64,000 nucleotides of DNA from Patescibacteria group bacterium (GTDB lineage: Bacteria; Patescibacteriota; JABMPQ01; JAQVVF01), in assembly GCA_028699085.1 (NCBI GenBank), contig JAQVVF010000001.1:103883-167882 (forward strand), in the 5' to 3' direction. The translations under genes and the position numbers were made by a program. Position 1 is the first letter of the stretch, and each line of letters opens with the position of its first letter. Positions 9,008 through 16,071 of the stretch are shown in pieces. Below the pieces are notes generated by a model that was not told where the DNA came from, ran no database searches, and saw only the letters and a list, made by a program, of their open reading frames with translations.

Positions 9008-9032
9008 AGAGAGCGCAAAGCTCTTTTTTGAT
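9008..9032 (+). terminator. rho-independent terminator after small zinc-ribbon gene
   Basis: agagcgc-aaa-gctctttttt. Confidence 0.6.
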
Positions 9033-9177
9033 TTGGCTAAAAAACACACGTAGGCGAGAAACCGATTTCTCGCCTACGTGCTTCTGCAATATTCTGTGTT
9101 CGCTTTTTCATTTTTTCGGGTACGTAAAATATTGTATTTAATAATTTGTGTTGCTATAATCAAATTAGCAAAACATT

Positions 9178-9933
9178 ATGATTAAGAAATTAGCTTTAAG
9201 CATTATATTTCTAGGGTTATTGGAATCAATTATTTATTTCCAAAAATCAAATATTGTTATTATCATTGCTGCTATTCTCTTATTTCTACTTTCACTTATT
9301 TCTTCAGTTCGGCTAAAAGTTTTACACAAAATTGGTTTTTGGGGACAAGTAAATATTTCTATTTTGCCTCTTTCGTATATTCTAAGTGCAACAGTTTTTT
9401 TATTGTTTGTTCCAGATCTATATTATTTACAGCAAATTTATCTAGGTCTAGCTACTATCATTTTTTACGGCGCTTTAAAGCTTGTCGAAAATGTTTGCAG
9501 AGATGTTAAAAGCAGAAATGCCTTCAAGACTTGTGATTTTTTAATCACAATCTCAGCTTTCTTATTTTATGCTAGTATCTTCGGATTGTATCTTTTCTTG
9601 CTATGGCCATCTTGGATCTTCCTGATTCTCTTAGCTTTTGTTACTTTCATCCTCACTTATGAATTCTTCTGGCATAATCTGCTCTTGCAAAAACACATTG
9701 TTTATTCATTGATTTTAACTTTAATAATCTCTGAAATCAGCTGGGCATTAACACTATGGCCAACAGGTTTTATGCCTAGAGCAATGGTCATTTTTACAGT
9801 CTTTTATGCCTTTACGACTCTATCTAAACATAATTTCAATAAGACCTTGAACAAAAAGGTTGTCAGAAATATTATTATAATTAGTATTTTAATCCTATTG
9901 CTGGCCTTGCTAACAACCCAGTGGACGTTTTAG
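9178..9933 (+). CDS. polytopic membrane protein, unknown function
   Basis: Long ORF, multiple hydrophobic helices, no recognisable motif. Confidence 0.5.
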   Translation: MIKKLALSIIFLGLLESIIYFQKSNIVIIIAAILLFLLSLISSVRLKVLHKIGFWGQVNISILPLSYILSATVFLLFVPDLYYLQQIYLGLATIIFYGALKLVENVCRDVKSRNAFKTCDFLITISAFLFYASIFGLYLFLLWPSWIFLILLAFVTFILTYEFFWHNLLLQKHIVYSLILTLIISEISWALTLWPTGFMPRAMVIFTVFYAFTTLSKHNFNKTLNKKVVRNIIIISILILLLALLTTQWTF

Positions 9934-9973
9934 CCTTAGAAAGCCATTAAAGTTAATATAAAACTAGATAATA

Positions 9974-10002
9974 TTGACAAATATTACAGGCTATGCTATA
10001 TT
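9974..10002 (+). promoter_or_regulatory. sigma70-like promoter (TTGACA-17-TATATT) for Wzz-like gene
   Basis: TTGACA 9974-9979, TATATT 9997-10002; this sits inside the 5' end of the track ORF 9974..10798, so the real start is moved to ATG 10010. Confidence 0.5.
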
Positions 10003-10009
10003 AAGCTGT

Positions 10010-10798
10010 ATGAAAAACTTACTTAATCTAAAAAAATATTGGCTGATTTTAATCTCATTCACTCTAATTTTTAGTGTGATTGGTTTTATTGCTTCAGTTG
10101 TTCAAACTCCAAAATATGAATCAACTGTTCAACTTTTGGTTATCCAAAAATATGGTGATCAATTTGATGCTTTTACAGCAAAAAGATCAGCTGAAACTGT
10201 AGCTGAAACATTATCCAGCGTTGTCTATACAAGCTCATTCATGAGACAAGTCATTGCTGCTCCTATTGGTATTAACGATAATTTTCCAAAAGAATTGAAA
10301 GAAAGAAAGCAAGCCTGGAAAAAAGAGATTAATGCAAGATTATTAGAAGGTGGAAATTTTCAAATTATTGTATCAGATAAAGATAGAGACCAAGCTGAAA
10401 AAATAGCTTATGGTATTGCTTATATCTTTGTTACAAATGGTAGCGAATATCATGGTGGCGGTCAGCAAGTTGAAATAAAGATGGTTGAAAAACCAATTAC
10501 TTCAACAAAGCCTGTTAGCCCAAATATCTACTTAAATACAATCCTTGGTTTCGTTGCTGGTCTATTTACTTCTATTGGAATTGTCTTCTTGCTTCCTGAA
10601 AAAACAGAGCAAAAAAAGATAAAATTTAAAGAAGATAAAACTAAGCATCAATATAAAAAAGTTACATCAACAGTTCCTAATAATCTACCAATTGCTAAAA
10701 AACAAGAAAAAGTTGATAACAAAAAAGGCTATACTGGCGAGGAATATTCAGAAAGCAAAGTTGATGAATGGGTAAAAACAGGACGTTTCAATAAATAA
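10010..10798 (+). CDS. Wzz/chain-length-determinant-like polysaccharide co-polymerase
   Basis: N-terminal TM then KYESTVQLLV motif typical of Wzz N-domain, second TM near C-terminus (ILGFVAGLFTSIGIVFLL), charged tail. Confidence 0.5.
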   Translation: MKNLLNLKKYWLILISFTLIFSVIGFIASVVQTPKYESTVQLLVIQKYGDQFDAFTAKRSAETVAETLSSVVYTSSFMRQVIAAPIGINDNFPKELKERKQAWKKEINARLLEGGNFQIIVSDKDRDQAEKIAYGIAYIFVTNGSEYHGGGQQVEIKMVEKPITSTKPVSPNIYLNTILGFVAGLFTSIGIVFLLPEKTEQKKIKFKEDKTKHQYKKVTSTVPNNLPIAKKQEKVDNKKGYTGEEYSESKVDEWVKTGRFNK

Positions 10799-10807
10799 AA
10801 CAATTAT

Positions 10808-10838
10808 AAAACGAGGCTCAAAGAGTCTCGTTTTTTTG
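10808..10838 (+). terminator. rho-independent terminator
   Basis: acgaggctc-aaa-gagtctcgttttttt. Confidence 0.65.
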
Positions 10839-10850
10839 TATCCAACACGA

Positions 10851-10919
10851 ACACTGAATATTAATAATTGAATATTAAAACGTTTACTAAGACAATATTC
10901 AATATTTAATATTCAGTTA
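10851..10919. repeat. AATATT-unit inverted repeat hairpin (23-bp arms) at 3' flank of GT4 gene; shares a 25-nt identical segment with the 12086-12156 element
   Basis: ctgaatattaataattgaatatt / aatattcaatatttaatattcag around loop aaaacgtttactaagaca; ATATTCAATATTTAATATTCAGT also at 12130-12154. Confidence 0.55.
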
Positions 10920-12077
10920 TCATTTAAGTATTGTCATTAATTTTTTTACAAGCTCATCCCAGCTAAATTCATTTTTAACTCGCTCAAATCCATAATTTCC
11001 CAAATCATTAGCTAATTCCTCATTCCTTAAAATCTTAATTAAGGCGTCAGTAATCTCTTTAATATTTTCAGGATTTACTAAAATACCAGTTTGACCATCT
11101 AAAACAGCTTCAGCAACGCCTCCGGTATTTCCTGCTATAACTGGCTTTTTACAAGCGTTTGCTTCAAGATAGACAAGTCCAAAGCCCTCAATATCTTTTT
11201 TATTTTCCATCTCTTTCGAAGGCATAATAAAAACATCAGATAAATTATAATAAAAATTTAAATCACGATCAGTAATTTTCGTATAAATTTTTACTTTGTC
11301 ATCTAAGCGTAAATTTCTAACTAATAATCTTAATTTTTCAAGAGTTGGGCCATTCCCAATAATATAATATTTTGCATTTGGCACGCGTTTCAAAACATTT
11401 GGCATTGCTTTCAATACCATCTCATGATTCTTGCGTGGCACTAATCTTCCACAAGTCAAAATAATTTTCTGATTTTCTAATCCAAACCTTTGCTTAATTT
11501 TTAATGAATCTAAGGGATGAAAAAGATCGCTATTCACGCCTGGTGGGATTTTAACAAATTTCTTTGCTAATTCATTTTCGTCTCTATCAAAGTCGAATTT
11601 TGCCACAATATAATCGCGCATAAAATCAGTTGTCACAACAATATTTTGCGCTTCATCCAAAACTCTTTTCATCATCTTTTTCGTAAAACCAGACTTGTTT
11701 TCTATCTCTTTAATTTCAGTACCATGGGTATAAACAATGTAGGGAATATGTAATATTTTCTTAGCTAAATAAGCAGTCATTCCCATTGGATGAATATGGC
11801 CACAATGAATAATATCTATTTTGTTTTGTTTAACTAATTTTCGGACTGTAAAAAAATATTCCAGACTGCTTAATCCAAACATTCGTAATGCGCTATTATA
11901 ACTTTTTCTGACAATTTTAAAGCCTTGCTTATTATCAAAATCAGAAGCATTAGAATTAATTGGTGCCCAAACTACCACTGATTCTTTAGGCAATCTTTTG
12001 CAAATATTATACAGATAATTTTGAATTCCACCTCGTTCTGGAGGAAAAAAGAAGGATAAAAATAATGATTTTTTCAT
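10920..12077 (-). CDS. GT4-family glycosyltransferase
   Basis: C-terminal E-x7-E GT4 signature region (FGLVYLEANACKKPVIAGNTGGVAEAVLDGQTGILV). Confidence 0.85.
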   Translation of the reverse strand: MKKSLFLSFFFPPERGGIQNYLYNICKRLPKESVVVWAPINSNASDFDNKQGFKIVRKSYNSALRMFGLSSLEYFFTVRKLVKQNKIDIIHCGHIHPMGMTAYLAKKILHIPYIVYTHGTEIKEIENKSGFTKKMMKRVLDEAQNIVVTTDFMRDYIVAKFDFDRDENELAKKFVKIPPGVNSDLFHPLDSLKIKQRFGLENQKIILTCGRLVPRKNHEMVLKAMPNVLKRVPNAKYYIIGNGPTLEKLRLLVRNLRLDDKVKIYTKITDRDLNFYYNLSDVFIMPSKEMENKKDIEGFGLVYLEANACKKPVIAGNTGGVAEAVLDGQTGILVNPENIKEITDALIKILRNEELANDLGNYGFERVKNEFSWDELVKKLMTILK

Positions 12078-12085
12078 GAAATTTA

Positions 12086-12156
12086 TGAATTGAATATTGA
12101 ATATTTAATATTGGCATCGAGAGTAGGATAATATTCAATATTTAATATTCAGTAAC
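12086..12156. repeat. AATATT-unit inverted repeat hairpin at 5' flank of GT4 gene (direct repeat of the 10851-10919 element)
   Basis: tgaatattgaatatttaatatt ... aatattcaatatttaatattcagt. Confidence 0.55.
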
Positions 12157-12343
12157 TTTAGTTTATCAAAAAAGCCAAAAAAGCACAAATAATCGTCAAA
12201 AAATGGCTTATTCAAGCCTAGTTGTATAAATAATGTTGACAAATATTTTATATTGTGCTAATCTTTCATGATACATTCCTCAGGTTCTGGAAGCGGGATC
12301 GGACCCTACAACTGGAGAGAAACAAGGTAAGGAGGGCAAGGAA

Positions 12344-13384
12344 ATGAAGCGCAAGATCAACTGGATGCTGATGGTGGTGGTTTTCTATTTCTTCAACATC
12401 TTCAACCCGATCTACATGTTCATGGACGATGACGAGGGCCAGATCGCCTACGCGCAGGATGGATCCGAGCAGAAGGTCTGGACGATGCTGGATGCGGATC
12501 TGCAGGGCACCGGCGTGAGCTGGAAGCCCGCGTGGACCGAACAGCTCCAGGCTGCCAAGGCGATGATGGAAGCGAACCAGTTCTCCTGTCTCGAAGTGAG
12601 TGGTGTCGAGGACATCACCGGGTTCAACGTCGGCAACACGGAACTCCGTGCGGCCGGTGGTGAAGACCCGCTTCGGGCAGTGAGGGCGAGGGCGCGTGCC
12701 AGCTTCGTCATGAACAAGCTGATGGAGGTGGGTGTGGCGGGAAGCAAGATCCGTGAAGGTACCATGACGACCCGGGCCAACGAAGGCCAGAGGGGCGCCG
12801 TGATCCGCCTGATCGAGGACTGCATCCCCAAGCCGCCGGTCCAGTGCTGGGACAGCAACGAGAACTACAAGTGTGATGGTGATGAGGACGTGAACAAGGA
12901 CTCGGAGTGCAACGTGAAGGACTGCCAGGGGAACGACGGGACGGCCAAGGTCGAGATCAAGTACGACCTCGTCGGCCAGTACGTCAAGTACCTCGGAAGC
13001 CCCGAACGTGATCCGTTCACCGGAATCCTGCTCCGTGCCAACTTCCCCATCAGCGACAAGCTGACGTTGGGGCTGGCTGCGGAGTACGGCAAGGCGAACG
13101 AGATCGGTGCTGCCGGGTTCGAGCTCGACGCTGAGTGGGATTGGTTCCGCTGGATCAAACCGCGGATCAGTCTCATCGGCCGGGCCTACAACCTGACGAC
13201 GCACCTGTACTTCAAGCGTGGAGAAGTTGGTGGCGGCGTGGGCTTCAGCGGAGAACTCGTGGAGAATGAAAGCTGGTCCATCATCTATCAGGTGGTGGGC
13301 GAGTGGAAGTACGACATCGAGTACACCCGCTGGGAGTGGGAGGCGGTCAAGTCCGCGACGGGCGCCATCGGCGTCCGGTTCTGA
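12344..13384 (+). CDS. secreted OmpA-like-domain protein with C-terminal beta-strand-rich, OMP-like tail (paralogue P1, high-GC copy)
   Basis: AAGGAGGG RBS; hydrophobic N-terminus; CLEVSGVEDITGFNVGNTELRAAGGEDPLRAVRARARASFVMNKLMEVGVAGSKIREG resembles an OmpA_C peptidoglycan-binding domain; C-terminus ...GAIGVRF. Clear paralogy with the 15083 and 16072 proteins supports this strand over the antisense 12266..13444 ORF. Confidence 0.7.
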   Translation: MKRKINWMLMVVVFYFFNIFNPIYMFMDDDEGQIAYAQDGSEQKVWTMLDADLQGTGVSWKPAWTEQLQAAKAMMEANQFSCLEVSGVEDITGFNVGNTELRAAGGEDPLRAVRARARASFVMNKLMEVGVAGSKIREGTMTTRANEGQRGAVIRLIEDCIPKPPVQCWDSNENYKCDGDEDVNKDSECNVKDCQGNDGTAKVEIKYDLVGQYVKYLGSPERDPFTGILLRANFPISDKLTLGLAAEYGKANEIGAAGFELDAEWDWFRWIKPRISLIGRAYNLTTHLYFKRGEVGGGVGFSGELVENESWSIIYQVVGEWKYDIEYTRWEWEAVKSATGAIGVRF

Positions 13385-13470
13385 CGGAGAGTCCCGGGCG
13401 TCCGGCTTCGCAAGGAGTCGGGCGCCCGGTTCCGGGTGAGTCAACGGCAGAAGAGTGAGGAGGTAGAGAG

Positions 13471-14199
13471 ATGCGGAACTTCAAGCTGTGCATCATGGTG
13501 GCGATCCTGGCGATGGTGGTCGGATGTGCACTCGAGCCCCAGCCCAGCAACGGCAACGGCGGCAACGAGGGCGAAGGAGAAGGCGAGGGCGTCGAGGGTG
13601 AAGGCGAGGGCGAGGGTGAGCACCCCTGCGTGGCCGGCGAGTGCGAGGACGGGTTCGTCTGCATGGACGGGACCTGCGTGCCGGATGGGCAGGAGGGCGA
13701 GGGCGAGACGGACGGCGGCGTGGACGGCGGTGAAGGGTGCGAGTGCGACGGCGGCTGCGAGGGCGAGGGCGGCAACGAGTGCACCGAAGGGCAGCGGCAG
13801 TGCATCGAAAACGCGTGGCAGATCTGCGAGAGCAACGGCTACTGGGGTGTCCTGAACGACTGCCTCGAGGGCCAGATCTGCAACAACGGCAGCTGCGTGC
13901 CCGAGCCCGTGACCAACCCCTACACCTGCGCGGTCTGGATCAACGAGCGGGGAGAGCTGTGCGGTGACATCAACGGCCTGTCGTCGTGGACCTTCGGGTG
14001 CATGTACGAAGGGGTCGAACCGGTCTGCGAGCTGAACACCTACAACGGTGCATGCGTGCAGATCCCGGACGATGTCGTCAACACGGCATGGCCTCGGACG
14101 GAAGATGGCGGATGGCTGACGGTCGCGGGCTGCGAAGCGCGCGATGGTCTGGTCATCACCATCGACCCGGCAGGTGGTCACTTCCTGACGCTCCCCTAG
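13471..14199 (+). CDS. cysteine-rich lipoprotein with (GE)n low-complexity linker and EGF-like Cys modules
   Basis: GAGGAGG RBS; signal peptide plus lipobox MVVGC; GNEGEGEGEGVEGEGEGEGE tract; multiple CxxGxC motifs. Confidence 0.6.
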   Translation: MRNFKLCIMVAILAMVVGCALEPQPSNGNGGNEGEGEGEGVEGEGEGEGEHPCVAGECEDGFVCMDGTCVPDGQEGEGETDGGVDGGEGCECDGGCEGEGGNECTEGQRQCIENAWQICESNGYWGVLNDCLEGQICNNGSCVPEPVTNPYTCAVWINERGELCGDINGLSSWTFGCMYEGVEPVCELNTYNGACVQIPDDVVNTAWPRTEDGGWLTVAGCEARDGLVITIDPAGGHFLTLP

Positions 14200-14484
14200 A
14201 AACTTCAGTTCCCACCCGACAAACGCAAGTGCGTCGGGTGCGGCATTCTCTCCAACAATTCCAGTTCTTTCAGCGTACGTTCCTTCAAGAGTTCACTATT
14301 CAGTGGGCTCTTTTTTTATCCAAAAAAATATTGCATTTGAAACTTGGTTTTTGCTAAACCTTAGTTTCAAAGAGTGAGTATCAAATAGCCCTAAAGACAG
14401 AACACAATTACCAAGGCTAAAATATTGACAAATTTAGGCATTATAGTATAATACAAAGTCAAAACAGCACCTTTTGTACCTTCA

Positions 14485-14568
14485 GCCCGGATGGCGAAAG
14501 GGCAGCCGCAGGGGACTTAAAATCCTCCGTCGCAAGACATGCGGGTTCGAATCCCGCTCCGGGCACCA
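14485..14568 (+). tRNA. tRNA-Leu (anticodon UAA), type II with long variable arm
   Basis: Acceptor GCCCGGA/TCCGGGC, 3-bp D-stem with GG in loop, anticodon stem GGGGA/TCCTC with loop CTTAAAA (U33, TAA, A37), 13-nt variable arm with GTC/GAC stem, T-arm GCGGG-TTCGAAT-CCCGC, encoded CCA. Confidence 0.85.
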
Positions 14569-14597
14569 AAACATATCTCACGATATGTTTTTTTATT
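14569..14597 (+). terminator. rho-independent terminator after tRNA-Leu
   Basis: aacatatc-tcac-gatatgtt plus T7. Confidence 0.65.
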
Positions 14598-14609
14598 GTC
14601 AGAATCTAC

Positions 14610-14677
14610 GGGTTCGCCCCGCCATGAAGGCGGGGCGCCCTGGCCTTGTGCCAGGGCGAATCCCGCTCCGGGCACCA
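14610..14677 (+). repeat. 68-nt GC-rich tRNA-3'-end-derived element, copy 1 (GGGTTCG, two GC hairpins, then CGAATCCCGCTCCGGGCACCA)
   Basis: Last 21 nt identical to the 3' end of tRNA-Leu at 14548-14568; internal hairpins CCCCGCC-ATGAA-GGCGGGG and CCCTGGC-CTTGT-GCCAGGG; followed by its own terminator hairpin aacagtata-tta-ctatactgtttttt. Confidence 0.7.
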
Positions 14678-14725
14678 CAAAACAGTATATTACTATACTG
14701 TTTTTTCTTTAGATAAAAATGCTAA

Positions 14726-14793
14726 GGGTTCGCCCCGCCATGAAGGCGGGGCGCCCTGGCCTTGTGCCAGGGCGAATCCCGCTCCGGGCACCA
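14726..14793 (+). repeat. 68-nt GC-rich tRNA-3'-end-derived element, copy 2 (identical to copy 1)
   Basis: Identical 68 nt; followed by terminator hairpin agcagtatct...agatactgcttttttt. Confidence 0.7.
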
Positions 14794-15082
14794 TTAGCAG
14801 TTATCTTCAAGATACTGCTTTTTTTATCGCAAAAATAAAAAATTGTTATTTCAAAAGCTAATTTTCGAATATATGAAAATCGCAAAAAGCTTAAGAACAA
14901 TTTATTTGTTCAAGATAATTTATAAATACAATTATTATTTTGACAAATAGAATAACATTTGTGCGATTTGTGGCCGAAGGCATTCGCAAGATTAGTATGA
15001 AACACATTGACAAAGCAAAAAATAATGTTAAACTATCAAGTACAGAAAATCGCGCACTTTCCATTTCCAAAACGGAGGCATC

Positions 15083-15892
15083 ATGAAGACGATAGCAAGA
15101 TTCGTTGCTTTCACGTTGTTCATTATTCCTTTACAAAGTCTTGGCAAAGAGTGGCATGTACTTGATGACCATCAGGGCAAACTTTTGAATTGGCATAAAG
15201 AAGATTATTACACTCTTGAGGATATTATGCTTACGATTGCATCTAGACAGAAATCTTGTCTTGAAATTAGTGGCGCTGAAGAAGTAATTTCACTTCCATT
15301 CAATTCTCGTGATCAGGCAATTGGAAAATCAAAGTCATTTCGGGTAGCTTTAGCTAAGGTACGATCTGAATTTGTAATGGAAAAACTTTATGAAATAGGA
15401 GTGCCAAAAGCTAGGATCAGAGAAGGCCCCATTCTTAATCAGTCTGGTTATGGTGCTTATATTAAATTGATTGAAGAATGTTATCAGGAAGAGAATAAAA
15501 CAAAGTTGCCTGGCAAAGAAAAGATAGAAGATAGTAATAATGACAGCTATGATTTTCTTGGTCAGGGATCTAGCGATCAATATTTTGGCATTCATTTACG
15601 GAAAAGAATGTTGCTAGATGATGGCTTTGTTTTGAGGATTGGCGTAGGCATTGGCAAGACTCAAGACTATATTCTGACTCTAGAAGCAAATCTTGAATAT
15701 TTAATTGATCCAAATTTTAGTCCCTTTATTGCTACCTTTGTCAGAGATTATAATTTGTTAGAAAATGAAAAGATTGGCCTTGGGATTGGATTTACAACCA
15801 TAATTAATCAAACTAAAAGCTCAAGTATTTTTCTCGAAGTTGAATTGCAAGATTCAGTTGATGTTGAGGCAAGTATCGGAATTCGTTTTTAG
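15083..15892 (+). CDS. secreted OmpA-like-domain protein with C-terminal beta-rich OMP-like tail (paralogue P2, low-GC copy)
   Basis: GGAGG RBS, signal peptide; CLEISGAEEVISLPFNSRDQAIGKSKSFRVALAKVRSEFVMEKLYEIGVPKARIREG; alternating hydrophobic strands; terminal ...ASIGIRF. Confidence 0.7.
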   Translation: MKTIARFVAFTLFIIPLQSLGKEWHVLDDHQGKLLNWHKEDYYTLEDIMLTIASRQKSCLEISGAEEVISLPFNSRDQAIGKSKSFRVALAKVRSEFVMEKLYEIGVPKARIREGPILNQSGYGAYIKLIEECYQEENKTKLPGKEKIEDSNNDSYDFLGQGSSDQYFGIHLRKRMLLDDGFVLRIGVGIGKTQDYILTLEANLEYLIDPNFSPFIATFVRDYNLLENEKIGLGIGFTTIINQTKSSSIFLEVELQDSVDVEASIGIRF

Positions 15893-16071
15893 AACGCACA
15901 TTAGAGTTGCATTTGCAGCTCTTTTTTATTGTTAGCTATTTGACAATAATTTAGAAAAATAGTATTATCAATGGACCAAGTTTTAGATTGTACTCAAAAA
16001 TTTATTGACCAAGGGGACGGGCGCAGGTGCATATTGACAGCAGAGGAAGGCCAACCAGCACAGGAGGCCAT

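Larger units (their letters stand above)
12270..14270. other. ~2 kb high-GC (~65%) island in a ~30% GC genome; candidate horizontally acquired DNA
   Basis: Abrupt composition switch visible in raw sequence; six-frame track shows dense overlapping long ORFs on both strands, typical of GC-rich DNA; two genes with GC3-rich codons. Confidence 0.8.

Noticed and set aside
8803-9049. Two minus-strand ORFs (71 and 78 aa)
   Set aside because: They are the antisense of the well-supported 47-aa zinc-ribbon gene at 8840..8983 (RBS plus terminator), and hydrophobic/Cys-rich nonsense.
12266-13444. 392-aa minus-strand ORF covering the high-GC island
   Set aside because: It is the antisense of the 12344..13384 gene, whose product has an RBS and clear paralogues at 15083 and 16072. 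High-GC DNA produces long spurious ORFs in all frames, and its translation is low-complexity (R/P/A/G-rich).
13218-14357. Stack of overlapping ORFs (13218, 13347-, 13436, 13441-, 13737, 13986) in the high-GC island
   Set aside because: All overlap the 13471..14199 lipoprotein gene in other frames or the opposite strand. They are Arg/Ala/Pro-rich low-complexity translations with no RBS or start context, so they are GC-rich-DNA artefacts.
14610-14793. Possibility that the two 68-nt elements are additional intact tRNA genes
   Set aside because: No 5' acceptor strand complementary to TCCGGGC and no D-arm or anticodon arm are present. Only the T-arm/acceptor 3' half of tRNA-Leu is present, with a GC-rich insertion. 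They are reported as tRNA-derived repeats instead.
14200-15083. Integrase/recombinase next to tRNA-Leu (classic genomic-island architecture)
   Set aside because: No ORF with tyrosine- or serine-recombinase motifs lies within several kb of either side of the tRNA, so the island cannot be called an integrative element on present evidence.
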